Origin: the human T2T-CHM13v2.0 reference genome, Homo sapiens
NCBI RefSeq assembly: GCF_009914755.1
Contig: NC_060931.1
Length of the DNA stretch: 64,000 bases
Strand: one strand, 5' to 3'
Part shown: piece after piece, positions 1-16,120 of the stretch
How positions within the stretch are numbered: position 1 is the stretch's first letter
Layout of the letters: each line of letters begins with the position of its first letter
The notes under the pieces: generated by a model
The model's database searches: none
Seen by the model: only the letters and a program-made list of their open reading frames with translations
What the model was told of the DNA's origin: nothing
Position numbers and translations under genes: made by a program

Positions 1-268
1 GGGGGTGGTTACCTCCATTCTGTTCTCACAGACCTGATGGCTTTATAAGGGGCTTTATAAGGGGCTCTCCCCACTTCACTCTGCACTTCTCCTTGCTGCC
101 TCCATGTGAAGAAGGACATGTTTGCTTTCCCTTCCACCGTGATTGTCAGTTTCCTGAGGCCTACCCAGCCCTGCGGAACTGTGAGTCAATTAAACCTCTT
201 TCCTTTATAAATTACCCAGTCTCAGGTATGTCCTTATAGCAGCATGAGAAAGGACAGGAATGAATACA
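1..268 (+). mobile_element. ERVL-MaLR LTR (MSTA/THE1D-like), 3' part, cut by window edge
   Basis: Typical MaLR end gtgagtcaattaaacctctttcctttataaattacccagtctcaggtatgtc. Confidence 0.85.
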
Positions 269-538
269 TCAGGTAACCGAATATTAACATTTTATCAGGC
301 TGTGTAAACAGGCAAATTTATCAAGAAGATATCACTTTGGAAATAAATAAAATGAGCTGTTTTATTCAACTGCAGTGTATCATTACTACCCTCAGCCAAG
401 CTGTCAAGGAGATAATAGATAGTAAGCTCTTCGAAGGCAGACATTTAAGACTATCATCTCGTTCTATGTTTTCCTTGGACTCAAAGTGCTACCCAGCATT
501 TGTTGTCAATCTCTATGCGAATTTTAAAACAACCATGC

Positions 539-851
<313 letters not shown>

Positions 852-984
852 TAAAACACCCATGCATTCTTTTCCTCTCCATTCAACAGTTTTCTCACTG
901 TTTCTGCCATAGGCTGACAATTCTTCCAACAGAGTGTATTCAGAGTAATCACAAGGAAGTCTGCAATCCAATCGTTTGTCATCA

Positions 985-1380
985 AGTCCAGCTTAAAACC
1001 ATCTCAAGGCTTCCCTATGATCTTAGGATGAAGTTCAAGATCTTTAAGATGACCTTAAAAAGCCTTGACAATCAGGGCATATGCAAAACTTTCCAGCCAC
1101 ATCTGGATGGTCCTACGCTGGCTTTATCACTATTTCTCTGCACACCATCAATCTAGCCCACTTTAAGAGGTTCCCATCTATCCTCCCTCCTTTCTTTCTA
1201 GATCTCTGCCTAAATGTCACTTCCTCAAGGCTTAATTAGGCCCAGACACTCACATTTCTCCTTTGTGGCACTCATTGTCACTGTAACTGGTTAATTTCAG
1301 GTAAAGATTTATTTTGTCTGTGATTACCAGGAAGGTTAGAGATATCCCCAGGGTTTAGCACAGTACCTGGCACACACTGG
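985..1380 (+). mobile_element. L2 3' fragment
   Basis: aaatgtcacttcctc and ttagcacagtacctggcacac motifs; highly diverged. Confidence 0.55.
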
Positions 1381-1775
1381 GGAGTCACTTCTAGTCTCCT
1401 CTATTGGATGTGTTCACATGTGGCTTTTTTCCTCCCAGCATGTCCATTTCTCTCTGGCTGCCCAGATGATGAGTGGCAGAGCCCAGATAAGCAGCCTGTC
1501 TAGGAGAGTCCAGTGCTTGCCAAAGGCTGGGGACAGGAATACAAGCAGCCTTTGGGCATCCACGCAACATCCATAGCAGAAATCAGGTTTGGTCATCAGG
1601 CAAAAAGGAAATAATTGGGTAGCAAGACATGGGTTTAACAGAGGAGACCCATGTTAGGCATGTTAGGCATGTTAGGCAGCAGGGTCTCAGAACAGGAAGA
1701 AGAGGCAGCACAGGAGAAATGCTTGGAGTCAGGAAACCCTGAAGAGATAAAGGGACAGGCCAAAGGGAAAAGCAG

Positions 1776-2139
1776 TGTATTAGTCCGTTCTCATGCTGCT
1801 AATAAAGACATACCTGAGACTGGGTAATTTATAAAGAAAAAGAGGTTTAATGGACTCACAGTTCCATGTGGCTGGGGAGGCCTCACAATCATGGTGGAAG
1901 GCGAAAGGCACATCTTACATGGCAGCAGACAAGAGAGGGAATGAAAATCAAGAGAAAGGGGTTTCCCCTTATAGAACCATCAGCTCTCAAGAGACTTATT
2001 CACTACCACGAGAACAGTACGGAGGAAACCTCCCCCTTGATTCAATTATCTCCCACCAGGTCCCAACCACAACACGTGGGAATTATGAGAGCTACAATTC
2101 AAGATGAGATTTGGGTGGGGACACAGCCAAACCATATCA
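1776..2139 (-). mobile_element. THE1 (B/C-like) solo LTR, complete, sense to ELMO1
   Basis: tgtattagtccgttctcatgctgct ... acacagccaaaccatatca; 5-bp TSD agcag/ggcag. Confidence 0.93.
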
Positions 2140-3449
2140 GGCAGGAACATTTTTCTCCACCCATTATTGCCTGTGGACTGGCCCAACAGGAGCTAGCCCA
2201 GGGCTGCTGGTGTGTCTTGCTGAGGCAGCCACAGTGACTTCAGTTGATCAAATCCAGAGTCCTTCACCAAAGGCAGCACGAAAGGGAATGTTGTATAGGG
2301 TATTTGGCTGGTTTAGGAAATTTACAGCTTTCCTGGGCGTGAGTTTGCTCACATTAAAATGCCTGCCCTAGAGAAAGCTCTTTGATTGAGGGTAACAAAG
2401 ACAAGCATAAAGTGATTTAAGCAAAGGGGCGGGGACTGAAAAGTCACAGCAGGTCTCTCACAAGGATGCAAAGACAGGAAGCACAGAAACCAGAGCTGGA
2501 AAATAGGACTACAGGCTTCTCTCTGTCCATCTCCTTTGATTCCCTCCCAGGCCTTCATCCTTGCTTACCTCTAAGCTTCAATCCTTTCTGGAGACTGGGA
2601 TTACCCTGCTTACTTACAGCTGGATCTACCAAAGCATGATAGTTGAACTGAATTCTGCAAAATAGTGGAATCATCTCCTGACCAGAATGAAATGTACAAA
2701 TCCAAGGGAGTGCACAATTCTGGCTGCCAGGGATTCTGGGAGGTTCAGGGGCTGTCTGAGAACCCAGGGCACTTAGGAAGTGGGAAAGACAAAAAAGGGG
2801 GTGCCCCCCAAACAACCCTACTTCCTTACCAAAGGTGCCTGGGGCCAGCTTTGCAGAGAGGGCCTGAATGAGGCTTAGCGTATTTCTGTGATTACAAGAT
2901 ATGGAATTTATCTAAATAAGACATTAGCGATACATCACTATACTTCATACATGCTAGAGTAGGTCTCAGTATGGAGGAAGTGAGTATCATCCTGCAATCA
3001 TAATAAAATCTCAATTATCCACAAGCACACAACCTAACCTCCTCATGGCTTTCCTCTACTGTGCCCTGTGTTTTCTGGGGACTCATCTCCATACATGCTT
3101 AGGATTAGGGATGACAAGGCAATTTTCCTGTTTGTCTAAAAAGAATGGTATTCGTGCAATCATACTGCCTTAGGCAGTTATACGATCCATACCAAAGGCA
3201 AATATAAATGCACTTTGTGAAGCTCTAGTAAGTGGAAGGTTACCTGTTACAACTTCCTCCAAGTTACCCTCAGAAGGAATAAGGAAGCCACAGACTGAAG
3301 CTGGTAACCAGTGTTCATAGTCTGTAACTTCCTGTATTTATTGTTTTTGAGGCAGTTACCATTAGGATCACTGGCTTGATGACAGTGATGCCCAAAGAAA
3401 GGGCATCATAAACAAATTGGGGCTGAGGCAATGGTACAGAGGGTTTCTC

Positions 3450-3650
3450 AGAGATGGCATAGAGAGCTCTGGGTTCAGACCCACCTGGGTCCAAGTCTCA
3501 GCTTGTCCACTTCTGACCTGTACAACCCCCACAAGTTGTTGAGTAACCTCTCTCAGTCTCACTTTTCTCGTAAAATGAAGACACCAATACCTGCATCATT
3601 GGACTGTGATGAGGGTCATAAACTAACAATGCTTAGTGCTGTCTCAGTAG
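3450..3650 (+). mobile_element. MIR
   Basis: acctctctcagtctcacttttctcgtaaaatgaag core. Confidence 0.6.
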
Positions 3651-4721
3651 AATTCTTATTCAAAAGACAAATTCCACCTAAACATACCCTTCACTTATCA
3701 TTTTTTATTCTCTCCCTCTCTCTCTCTCCTGGACATCACCCTGAAATAGTTAAGTTTCTAGAGCAGAATTTGAACTTGTGAATCATTGAATCTTAACTTT
3801 CTCTGAGGCATTTCCAAGCAATGCTTCTGCTGAATGCTACTTAACATGACATTTTCCCCCACTGCACCAAAAAAAAACCTCAGTTAATGGCCTAATAAGC
3901 AAAGGAAGACTATTTCAAAAAATGGGCTTGGAGAACATTAGAAAAGCAGGGAAAGTGCCTTCCGGAGGATCTTAGAAGAGAATCACAAGCATCCATCAAC
4001 CACTATTTCTATTGGATTGTTTGGCCAGCTAGAGAATTTTTTTTTTTTCTGAAAAAAATTTTCTGAAGGTGATATTCATCTTCAGCGAAAAGACAGAGAC
4101 AGTCTCATATATAAGGGAAAATCAGTAACTAACAGCATGCACAAGTTTCAAAAATGAGTCACTGGTTACCATGGTGATGAAAATATAACCTAACAAATCA
4201 CTGGGCTGTAAGTAACCAAGATGATGCTAAGTACATTATTTTTAAAATGGGAAAAAATGTCTGTATTTTTAGGAATACTTGCAAGGAACTAGATGGACAA
4301 AGCAGCAAACTGAAGGCAGCCCAGGATCGACCCTGTGGAGCCAGGAGTCACCGTCATCTCCTGCTCTGTGCGTGCTGAGCTCCGTGACACATGCACACCC
4401 ACAGCTGTGCCCAGTGACAGCTGCATGAGGAAGAGCAATGACACCGTATTTACAAACAAAGAACTACGATAGGGAAGATGAGTCTTCTCACTCCTTAAAC
4501 TCTTCATAAAAGAATAATCTCTGCTACAGCCCACTGAAGATGAAAAACTCCATGACAGACTTTGTGGCCAGTCCTTTATAAACTCAACTTCAAGAATGTC
4601 CTCAGGCAAAAAAAGATTCCCAGAAAATAACTAAGATACACCATAAAATAATAATTTCCTCCATTCTCAATAGTTTGAATGTTCTGAGTATATATGAATT
4701 TTAATCAGGAAAAAAGCATAA

Positions 4722-5096
<375 letters not shown>

Positions 5097-5189
5097 CACA
5101 TTCCTAAATTGAACTTTGTGCACAACTTCTGGACAGAAGGCATAATGTCCTGTACACATGGGTTCCAACTCTTTAGAAAATAGGCCCCA

Positions 5190-5385
5190 GGGCTGTTTCT
5201 CCCAGTGGTTCCAGGTATCCAGCATGAGACTGCCCAGAGGGTGCCTTAAAAATGAAAACTCCTAGGCTATATCCAAGTCCCACTCACTCTGAGTCTCTGG
5301 GGTTGGGATCTAAAGCCCTACATATTTTTTTAAGGGTTCACTGTACCATGCTTATGTTCTCTATGAAGTCTGAGAACCCCATCTT
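5190..5385. mobile_element. MER5-type hAT-Charlie DNA transposon relic
   Basis: tttctcccagtgg ... aagtctgagaacc ends and MER5-like internal sequence. Confidence 0.55.
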
Positions 5386-5922
5386 TAGTAATCTTCACTA
5401 CACTGAGGTCTCCAGACAATGGTGACAGAAGACAGGACACCACCAGGGGCCATCTACTAGCACAGATTATTCACAGCCAGAACTATTCACGACTCAACAG
5501 CTTTTTTACCACAACCCAGGGTAAATCACCAGTGTAATCTACATGTATTATACATGTGGGTAGGTGGAACAAATATTTCACAAGCAACACAGGAGATATA
5601 CTCTGACCTAATCTACTCTACTATGTTCCAGTGTTTAATGCTCTGACAACTAACTGAATTGATTTCACTACTCACTAACTGGTATGAATGAAATGATGGC
5701 AATACCTTTAACTGCTATCATTTAACTTGGATTTCTATATAACCTCTTTAATCTCACAAAGAATAGCATGCAAATTATATAGATGCAGTATAAAATAAAT
5801 GAAAAACATTAAGAAACTGAAGCAAAGGGAAAATAGAGACAGGAAACTAAACGTTTAAGTCAAAGGAATCAAAGGTAAACTTAATATACAAGGCATGCCA
5901 GGAAATCAAGTTCACTTGTTAA

Positions 5923-6345
<423 letters not shown>

Positions 6346-7557
6346 TGAGAAGCATTCAGGCCTTTGAGGCCTCTCTCCTGCTGAACTGAATGCCCTCCCT
6401 CCTTCTTTGGGGTAGAGCAAGGGAGTCCTAAGGGGAAGTAGAACCCTTGTTACTGCCTCCACCTTCTACCACCACCTGATTCATGGATAAAATTACAGTC
6501 ACTCTAGGGACTACTGACTGGGACAAAGCCTGCAAGACACTGAAGCCTGAGGCCACCCGATTCTCCCTCCTTCAAGAGTACTTTGTACTCACTTCTGTTT
6601 CAGCACTGGCCACCTTGTTATAATGACAGCTGTTACCAGGGCTGTTCCTTCCCTCCCTGCTGGCCCCCAAGATTATCAGTTTAGAAGACAAAACTGGCTC
6701 ATATGCATTTCAGTGAGCTCAACCTAAAGTTGTGTCGGATGCGAAACTATTGTGGAAATTCCAAAAGACAAAAATCAAAGAAGCACAAAAGTCTAAACTT
6801 GCTTCTTGTAGAATCAAGTATGAAGCATTAGTCTAACCATTTGTCCTCAATGACTCAGTGTCGTACCTGTTAACCAAAGCCAGTATTTTTATAGCCCAGG
6901 TTAGTCTTAAGGAAGAAATCCTAAACAGATGTAATGTGCATGGCTCAGTTCCTGGCATGCAGTATGCACTCAATAAATTCCAGTGTGCCCTTCCTCTATC
7001 AGGGATCTTGTACATATTAATTTTACTTGCTCCCAGGGCCATTGCTGTCTTCACAAATCCCTCCTTCTCCTTTAATCTTGCTAAAAAAGATTTAAAATCA
7101 CCCAAGGAGAGAGCTGGGTTCCCAAGATTCATAGAACACTCTTAGTGCCTACATACATAATTCCACATTTGAAAAGGTTTCTTGTCATTATTTCACGTAC
7201 TTTAAGCAAGGGTTAGAGGCTACTTTGAAAAAACAAAATCTGAGAAAGGAAAACCCAACTAAGTCATTAAGTATCAAATAAATTCTTTAACCAAGCAGTA
7301 AGAGAGACATATTCACTGTTAGAAGGCAACTGCAGTTGCTAAACAAGACACGAAACATATTTGGTCTTTACTCTTGAGCTGGCAAATATCATCTTGTGGA
7401 TTCTAAAGTAGCAGTTGTTTGCTTTACAGACTCTATTTTCGTGGATAGTAGAGACCTAAAATTTAGACCTGCATGTCTAGGCCCGAACAAAGAAAACATC
7501 ATCATGATTTACTTTCCTTCAATATGTATCCCATATTAAATAATGTAGTTGACCTAC

Positions 7558-7630
7558 CTTTTCTGTGATATAGAAGTTTGAACTATCGGCATGCTGGAGT
7601 GCAAAATATTCATGGTTGGCAAGAGACCAC
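7558..7630 (-). CDS. ELMO1: ELMO1 coding exon, 73 nt (WSLANHEYFALQHADSSNFYITEK, to aa 64)
   Basis: tatttttaag|G TGG TCT CTT GCC AAC CAT ... ACA GAA AAG|gtaggt; completes the split GG|G codon; peptide visible in ORF 7519..7908. Confidence 0.98.
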
Positions 7631-8627
7631 CTTAAAAATACAAGCGTATACTGATTAGAAAAATGAAAGTGGCCATTTTCATTTTTACAATTTTTTAGTG
7701 TTGGATGAACTAAGCACCCTGTGATTGGAATTGGACCAATCCCAACATATACCACAATGCAGTTCCTAAAGCAAAATGACTTTAGCCTACCTTCCATTAC
7801 CCTGAGACCAATCATTTCATGTGTAGACTGTCTAGACCTGATGCTAGGCCTACTGCTCACCTTTAAGCAGTTCATCCTCAAGGCTTGGTGTGGGAGATTT
7901 AAATACAAATCTTTACAATTCTACTTATTTTAAGGGATTGAAGCAAAGAAAGAAAAACAAAGAAAATAAATGCAATTTAAGTTTTTGAAAGTTGGCACAT
8001 TTTAATTGTCTCTGTATTCTACAATCCCCTATCAGTATAGTTGATGCAGATTGAAACACTCCAATTAAGTACTCTAGACCTTATATAAATTTCAGTTAAC
8101 ACAACTATTTTCACAGTTCTGGTTTAAAAAAAAACAAAGTCATGCAGCTACCATATATACATTTCCTTTGTATTCTTTAGAGCAGCCACAAAGAAGTAGG
8201 AAAGTCATATCAGTGTGAGATCCCACGGAGCAGCACAATTACCCACTGCCTTGTCTGTTCAATTCTTTCATCCTCTATGGGGACCTGAGTGGTCCTCTCA
8301 GTTTATACCAGATCAAGTGTATACTGTGTCCTCAAAAACCTTTAGAGTACTCCCTGCTAGGTAGGACAAAAGGAACACAACTTCCTAAAATAAATAAAGC
8401 CAACCCCACTGTGCACATAACAGCCATTTCACACTTTCTGCTCTTTGAGGACTAATGGTGAATTCTGTTGGAAAAGGGTGTGATATTCCTACACAGTAAT
8501 TCTTATTGACTTTGAGCAAGTCAGTGGGTGACTTATGAATAATATTTTACTATCCTACTGGAAATATATTATTTGCTTGTCAATTTATCAACTAGAATGC
8601 CTTAGATAAATCCTGAGTAACACTTAC

Positions 8628-8668
8628 CCATCACAGACTTCCTTTATTATTGCAGACAGTGGTTTTTT
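8628..8668 (-). CDS. ELMO1: ELMO1 coding exon, 41 nt (KKPLSAIIKEVCDG, aa 27-40)
   Basis: ttattttgcag|AAA AAA CCA CTG TCT GCA ATA ATA AAG GAA GTC TGT GAT GG|gtaagt; branch-like ACTAAC at 8698-8703; in frame with the previous exon. Confidence 0.98.
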
Positions 8669-9584
8669 CTGCAAAATAACAAAAAAGGAAATACTTTGTT
8701 AGTTTCGTTTCATCATTTTAAATTAAAAAAAAGAAGAAGCTTCATAAAAAGATTATCTAAGCAAAGAGAATTTACATTTGCTATTCTTAGTTGTTGTCAA
8801 TGAGTCTCTTATTTTTCTCAAGGTAACAATCTACCAGCTGTCACCACCAAATTTATTAATGATTTATTACCCCTGTGGTCCTTTTTTCTATACTTAGCAT
8901 ATTAGTTGAACAAAATATGCATCATATTTAATTTAGCCACACTGAAATTAGGGTGAAAATATAACTTTGTTCAAAGATCTCACAGAAAATGGAAGCCCAC
9001 GAGGCCAAGTCAAAACCAGAATCCCTCAGGAGTAGTACATGAATCAGGCAAGCTGCAGTTTGGCTTCATGCAAAAAGCCTGGATTCATGATATTTTTATA
9101 AGAACATGTGGCAAATGGAAAATGAGGTGTTACGAAATGGTTCTTACAAAGTACATAGAATTCTTCCCCTGATGATGGCCCCAATAAATGCCAATCATGC
9201 AGCAGCTTGAGCCAGACACACTCCAGTAATGCGACCATGACACCATGTGCCCTGGTGTCAACTGGCGGGTGACTACAGCTGTTCTGTTGTGCCTAACAGC
9301 CACACTTGTGCTCCGCCTGCCCCCAAGATAGAAGGAATGCAGCAGAGAGACACACCAGCTCTCCCAGAGATGTGGAAACTCTTCCTGTTTTGGATGCAAA
9401 CAAGACCCTGTCTGTCTCTAGGATGGGGAGTATCATGTCAACCCAAAGAACAAATCACAGACAAGAAATGAATGAGGAAGAGAAGATGAGAAATCAGAGA
9501 TGGACAATACATGGTCCTGGATTTTCAGATACAAAACCATAAAAAAGCTGTCTACATATAAGCAGGTTTTACTCCTGTCTATAT

Positions 9585-9780
9585 GAAGGGCAATGTGGTA
9601 TCTGCGAAGAGATTCTGAATCCAATAGATCAGTTCAAATCCAAGCTCTATCAGCTTGTTTGCAGCGTAAGTAACCGCAATTTTCTTCATTTGCTGAACCC
9701 CAGTTAGTTTATCTGTAAAATGGCAATAGGTTCTACCTACCCCTCAGGCTGTTATAAAAATTAAATTATATTAATTATAT
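9585..9780 (+). mobile_element. MIR
   Basis: gttcaaatccaagctct ... tctgtaaaatggcaata ... ctcaggctgttat. Confidence 0.6.
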
Positions 9781-10086
9781 TAAATTAATACAAAGGGCAA
9801 AAGACTTCAAAAAAGGATTAGGACTCCTGAAAGGGCTCCATTTCCTCCTTGCATCCTCACCCTTGGACGTGATGCTATCTACGCCTGCTCCATTGGTGAA
9901 TTCTGAACACCGTTTGTATAGTCCTCTCCAAGGGCCTCCCTAACCCCTGCTAAAGGCCCAGTTCAGTGTACGGTGTCCCTCCAGTGAACTCTCTCCCACT
10001 GGAGCTCAATCCTCTATGAGCACATTCACTACCACGTGTGCAGAAGAATGTCTGTCTTCGCCTACAACTATAAACACACTTGGAGG

Positions 10087-10693
10087 TGTTTGTTGCAGCA
10101 CTATTCACAATATCCAAGATTTGAAAGCAATCTAAGAGTCCATCAACAGATGAATGGATAAAGAAAATGTGGAACATATACACAATGAAGTATTCAGCCA
10201 TAAAAAGAATGAGATCCTGTCATTTGCAATAACATGGATGGAACTGGAAGCCATTATGTTAAGTGAAATAAGCCAGGCACAGAAAGACAAACATCACATG
10301 TTCTCATTTATTTGTGGGATCGAAAAATCAAAACAATTGAACTCATGGAGATAGAGAGTAGAAGAATGGTTACCAGAAGCTGTGAAGGGTAGTGGCAGGG
10401 TTTGTGGGAGAGGTGGGGATGGTTAATGAGTTCCAAAAAAAAATAAAGAATGATAAGACCTAGTATTTGGTAGCACAACAGGGTGACTATAGTCAATAAT
10501 TTAATTGCACATTTTAAAATAACTAAAACGGTATAACTGGATTGTTTGTAACACAAAGGATAAATGCTTGACGGGATAGATACATCATTTTCCACAATAA
10601 AATTATTATATATTCCATGCCTGTGTCAAAACATTTCATGTAACCCACAAATACATATACCTACTAAGTACGCACAAAAGTTAAAAAAATAAA
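10087..10693 (+). mobile_element. L1MA-type LINE-1 3' end
   Basis: gcagcactattcacaatatccaag ... acatggatggaactggaagccattatgttaagtgaaataagccaggcacagaaagacaaa ... A-rich tail. Confidence 0.9.
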
Positions 10694-12683
10694 TGAATGC
10701 AGTTGGAGAGAAAAGGAAACCTAGAATTACTGAGGAGCAGAAAGATGGTGGGGGTATTCCTTATATCCTGAATCTGTCCTCTAGAATAAGATGACAATGG
10801 CAATTGGGTTCTACTGTAGTTACATGTTACATAAGTCCTAGGCCTTTGCAAGAAGCTGTCCACTGTTTATGGCTCTTGCTGTGAGCTGAGGAACAAATGT
10901 GTTCGCTCAACCAAATGACAAAGGAACTTCAGAAACAAAACTTATTTCCATAAGACAAGAATTTTGCCCTTCCAGCTGCCAGAGATCCCTGTAGGCCATC
11001 GATCTGTGATTACTTATCAGAGAATCTCCCCAAATTTCACTTCATGCACCCTCAAAAATGAAACATAAATAACGGAGCCAGGTTTTAGTCTTAAATTACA
11101 TTGAAACAAAAAGTCAGGCCAAGAAGGTATTGTTGAGGTAGGAGAAGGCATCAAAAGCAACTGCTCCCAGATTTAGACTTAGAGACTGAAGTCTCAGAGG
11201 AATTACTTGGATTTTAATTCAGGTCTGATTCATAGATAGAGAATCAAGTTTTAAAAGACAGAGGTCTCTAGGGTACTATTATACCTAGAACATAATGAAG
11301 TGGGATATATGAAAGGAATAAAGACCACAGATGCACAAAGCTTAGAGACTTAACAGACAAAGATGAAAGAAAAACTAAACCACAGAGGAAAAAGAATTAT
11401 AGTTGAGTGAACACCCACAGGTTAGCCTAGCCAATCAAAATGAGTGTTACATAATGGTGGGCCCCTCCATTCTTCCATCTACCCCAATCAAACATTAGCC
11501 CTCACCACCCAAAAACTAATTCCAATAACCTTTTCACCGGTCTTACTTTCCTTTTCCTGTCTGCCTTATTTGACACTGTTACTACTTCCTTCTTTTTGAA
11601 ACCCCCTTTCCAGAGCTTCTATGATATAGCGCAATATTTTCTTCATTCTCCTACACATATAACTAATCCTTCAATGAAGTCCAACAAATCCTTCATAGTT
11701 GCTCTTTTACCTGTAGCTCTCTAATTCCAGATTTCTTTTCTCCTCTTTTCTGCTTTTATTTAATCAGTCAGTTCCTCATGGATCTCATTCTCTTCAACTG
11801 TCCTAAGTCTACAGCTGTAGCCCCACTCTCTTGCAAATCTCTAACAGTCTGTTAGACAGAACATTTTAACTCTCCTGCAGGTATCTTATTAAAAGTGGAA
11901 ACAAAAATCATCACTTTCACATTCCCTACCCCTCAATCTACCCAACGGTAGCACACATCCCTCAGATCCCACACCTGATTCTGCCACGACTTCTCTGCCC
12001 TCATTATGGCACCACTACTGCCCAGGAGTCTCGTTAACCTTTATGTCTTCACTCTTCAGATATAAGGTGCTAACAGGTTATGTAGCTGTTTCCTCTGTGA
12101 TGTCCACAGCATTGCTTCTCACCGCCTAACTCTTCTTCTGAACTCCTGACTCTCCTCATTCCAACTCCTGCCATCAAATAGATCTTTGAGCGTACACCCC
12201 AATCTCATCACCCTTAATTCTGCTTCCTCTGACCCAGCACCCTTTCCTGAGTACCAGCCCATCATTAATAACTATTTGCCATGAATTTCCAATCAACTGC
12301 TTCCCTAGCGAATCAACCCAAAATCGTACCTTCCATCAGTTCCTACACTCAACTTGCCTACTTTCAGCAGATCTTTGAGGCACATTTCTAGCGAACTTGT
12401 CCTTGTCTTCTCTTTCTTCCTTAATACATTCTGTGACATACACATTTACAAGACACTAAGTCTCATCACTACTTCTTCCACAACCTCTCTCCCTTTTTAT
12501 CTTTCCAGACCTTTCCTACCACCTTTGTTCTAAAGATCCCATCACCAGGTCCCTGCAGATAAGTCTCCACATCTCCAATTTTTTTTTCTCCAATCCCCAT
12601 GTCAGCTATAAATACACAAAATTAGACTTTCCCCACAAACTTTGCTCATATTACTCGTTTGCTCCAATAAAAGTGTAAGTCCC

Positions 12684-13006
12684 AGCTGAGCATGGTGGCT
12701 CACGCCTGTAATCCCAGCACTTTGGGAGGCGGAGGTGGGCGGATCATGAGGTCAGGAGATTGAGACCATTCTGGCCAGAAATGGTGAAACCCTGTCTCTA
12801 CTAAAATACAAAAAAAATAAATAAATAAATAAAACAATTAGCTGGGCGTGGTGGCCCATGCCTGTAGTTCCAGCTACTCGGGAGCCTGAGGCAGGAGAAT
12901 TACTTGAATCCAGGAGGTGGAGGTTGCAGTGAGCTGAGATCAAGCGCCACTGCAGTCCAGCCTGGCGACAGAGCAAGACTCTGTCTCAAAAGAAAAAAAA
13001 AAAAAA
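12684..13006 (+). mobile_element. AluS (Sc-like) with (TAAA)n-expanded linker
   Basis: Alu dimer; TSD aaaagtgtaagtc / aaaagtgtcagtc. Confidence 0.93.
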
Positions 13007-14145
13007 GTGTCAGTCACTTAGCTTGTCAGCCAAAGCCATCCACAATCTGGTCTCTGTAATTCTACTATTCTGTACACGTTCCCCATGCTTCTGGATCTTT
13101 ATGGTGAGTCACCAAAAACAAACAAACAAAAAAAAATCCCATCTCCACACTTTCGCTCATGCCATTTGCTTTGTTGAAATGGCCCTCTCCTTCTTTCTGT
13201 TCCAACTCTAACAAGGGACTCTTACTTACCATTTAATATCCATGTCAAAGCCACCTCCTCTAATCAGATGCCCCCTTATCTCCCTAAATAGATGTAATTA
13301 CTCCCTCTGTGTACTTAGCACATTAAATTAATAACTTCTGAGGACTCTACATATCTATCTTATCTCTCTGTCCCTTGAGAACAAGGCATCTTAGTTCATT
13401 TCTGTAGCCTTCCCCACCCCTCAGTACTAGTTACCACAGTATGTAGGTGTGAATAGGATCTAATAGGAGACTCAATACACCTCTGCTAAATGAAAAAAAT
13501 CTATACATTCACGAACTTTCCTTTAAAAAACAACAACAACAAAAAAAGCCAACTATTTTTAATGATAGCCTGGATTAACCAGCACGTTTCCCATTTCCTA
13601 CCACTGCTGGGTGACTGTGAGCAGCCGCTGGCCATAAGCTGTTAGACACTGAAAGCTGTCACTACTCCCTATGCAGAATGATTCATGTAGGAATTAGGCA
13701 ATTCATGGCTTGGAAGAGCACTGAACACCAGCTGGTAAAGAATGTAATTCAACAGATGATAAATCAGATACCAATCAAACAAGTATCACCATCAGTAAGC
13801 ATGACCAAAGAGGTGAGCCTTCTACTCTCATAAGCAGACAAGACTGACCAAGATACCCCAATTATCTTGAAAACACTAGCCTGGTATCCTTGTTTGTTCT
13901 CATTTCCTATAGAAAGCCCTCTGTCTGACATGAGCTCATTGCCTGACCAGTAAATTCCAAGCCAAACGCCAGCTCTGCCTTATGGACTTTTTAGTTAACA
14001 TTTGCCCAAAAGGTTACGTAAGGTACGTCTATCTGTCCAATTCTCCAAGACCTGAGAGTAGAGTGATATGAATAATATATTAATACCTTTCTGTAGACCC
14101 GCTGAATAATTTGCTTTTCATTTCATTGAAAGAAAAGCCCTAGGA

Positions 14146-14494
<349 letters not shown>

Positions 14495-14567
14495 TCAAAA
14501 TGATGAAACTGCTTGATTCTTCTCCCTATAACTCCATAAACCCAAAAGGAACTAAAAAGTAACTCCC

Positions 14568-14867
14568 TTTTTTTTTTTTTTTTTGTAAACGGAGTCTCCC
14601 GTTGTCGCCCAGGTTGGTGTACAGTGGCATGATCTCAGCTCACTGCAACCTCCCCACCTCCCGAGTTCAAGTGATTCTCCTGCCTCAGCCTCCCCAGTAG
14701 CTGGGACTACAGGCACGCACCACCACAGTCGGCTAATTTTTGTATTTTTAGTAGAGACGGGGTTTCACTATGTTGGCCAGACTGGTCTCGAACTCCTGAC
14801 CTCATGATCCGCCCGCCTTGGACTTCCAAAGTGCTGAGATTACAGGCATGAGCCACCACACCTGGCC
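14568..14867 (-). mobile_element. AluS (Sg-like)
   Basis: Reverse Alu dimer with T-tract at 14568. Confidence 0.93.
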
Positions 14868-14905
14868 CTAAGAATTAACTTCTGTACTCTATTGGAAAAT
14901 ATTTG

Positions 14906-15557
<652 letters not shown>

Positions 15558-16120
15558 TTATTTTAACTGCTTCAGTATGTTTCCATAATTTATACAAATC
15601 ATCACTAAATATCTTAAGCTTTTTGTTTGGATGATCAAAACTGCCTTCTCAGACTCAACAGTGAGCTGAAAAACAAAAGCAGGAATTTTTTCAGAATAAC
15701 TTAGAGGATTAGGCAGTTACCACATTTCTATGTGCGGGGATCAAGGCCCATAAGCACGGAGGCCATGACCCCACATTCTTTTCCCCATTCCCCTTCCCAA
15801 CAATGAGGTCATCTTGCAGCATATCAAAGTCTTTCTTCACTTTATAGTATATTCCGGGGAAATTTTAACATTTGCAAAAATATCGTTATTTGTTAAATGA
15901 AGTATGCCTTTCCATATGAATCTGACTGGCAAAGTACCATGTGTCAATAGCTACATTCAAGGAGTAGCTTTTCTTATTAAGGATGTATTCCTCTTTTTAT
16001 CTTAACTCTTTTTCTCTAAAAGAGTTCCTTTGTTACTTTACTAAAGACAGTAAGTCCACAAAGTAAATTTCCTACACAAGAAGATTTATTGCCAATTTTT
16101 GTAACGTAAGTTAGATTTAA

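Noticed and set aside
7519-7908. 129-aa ORF taken as a whole CDS
   Set aside because: Only 7558-7630 is bounded by splice sites and matches ELMO1; the rest is intron read-through
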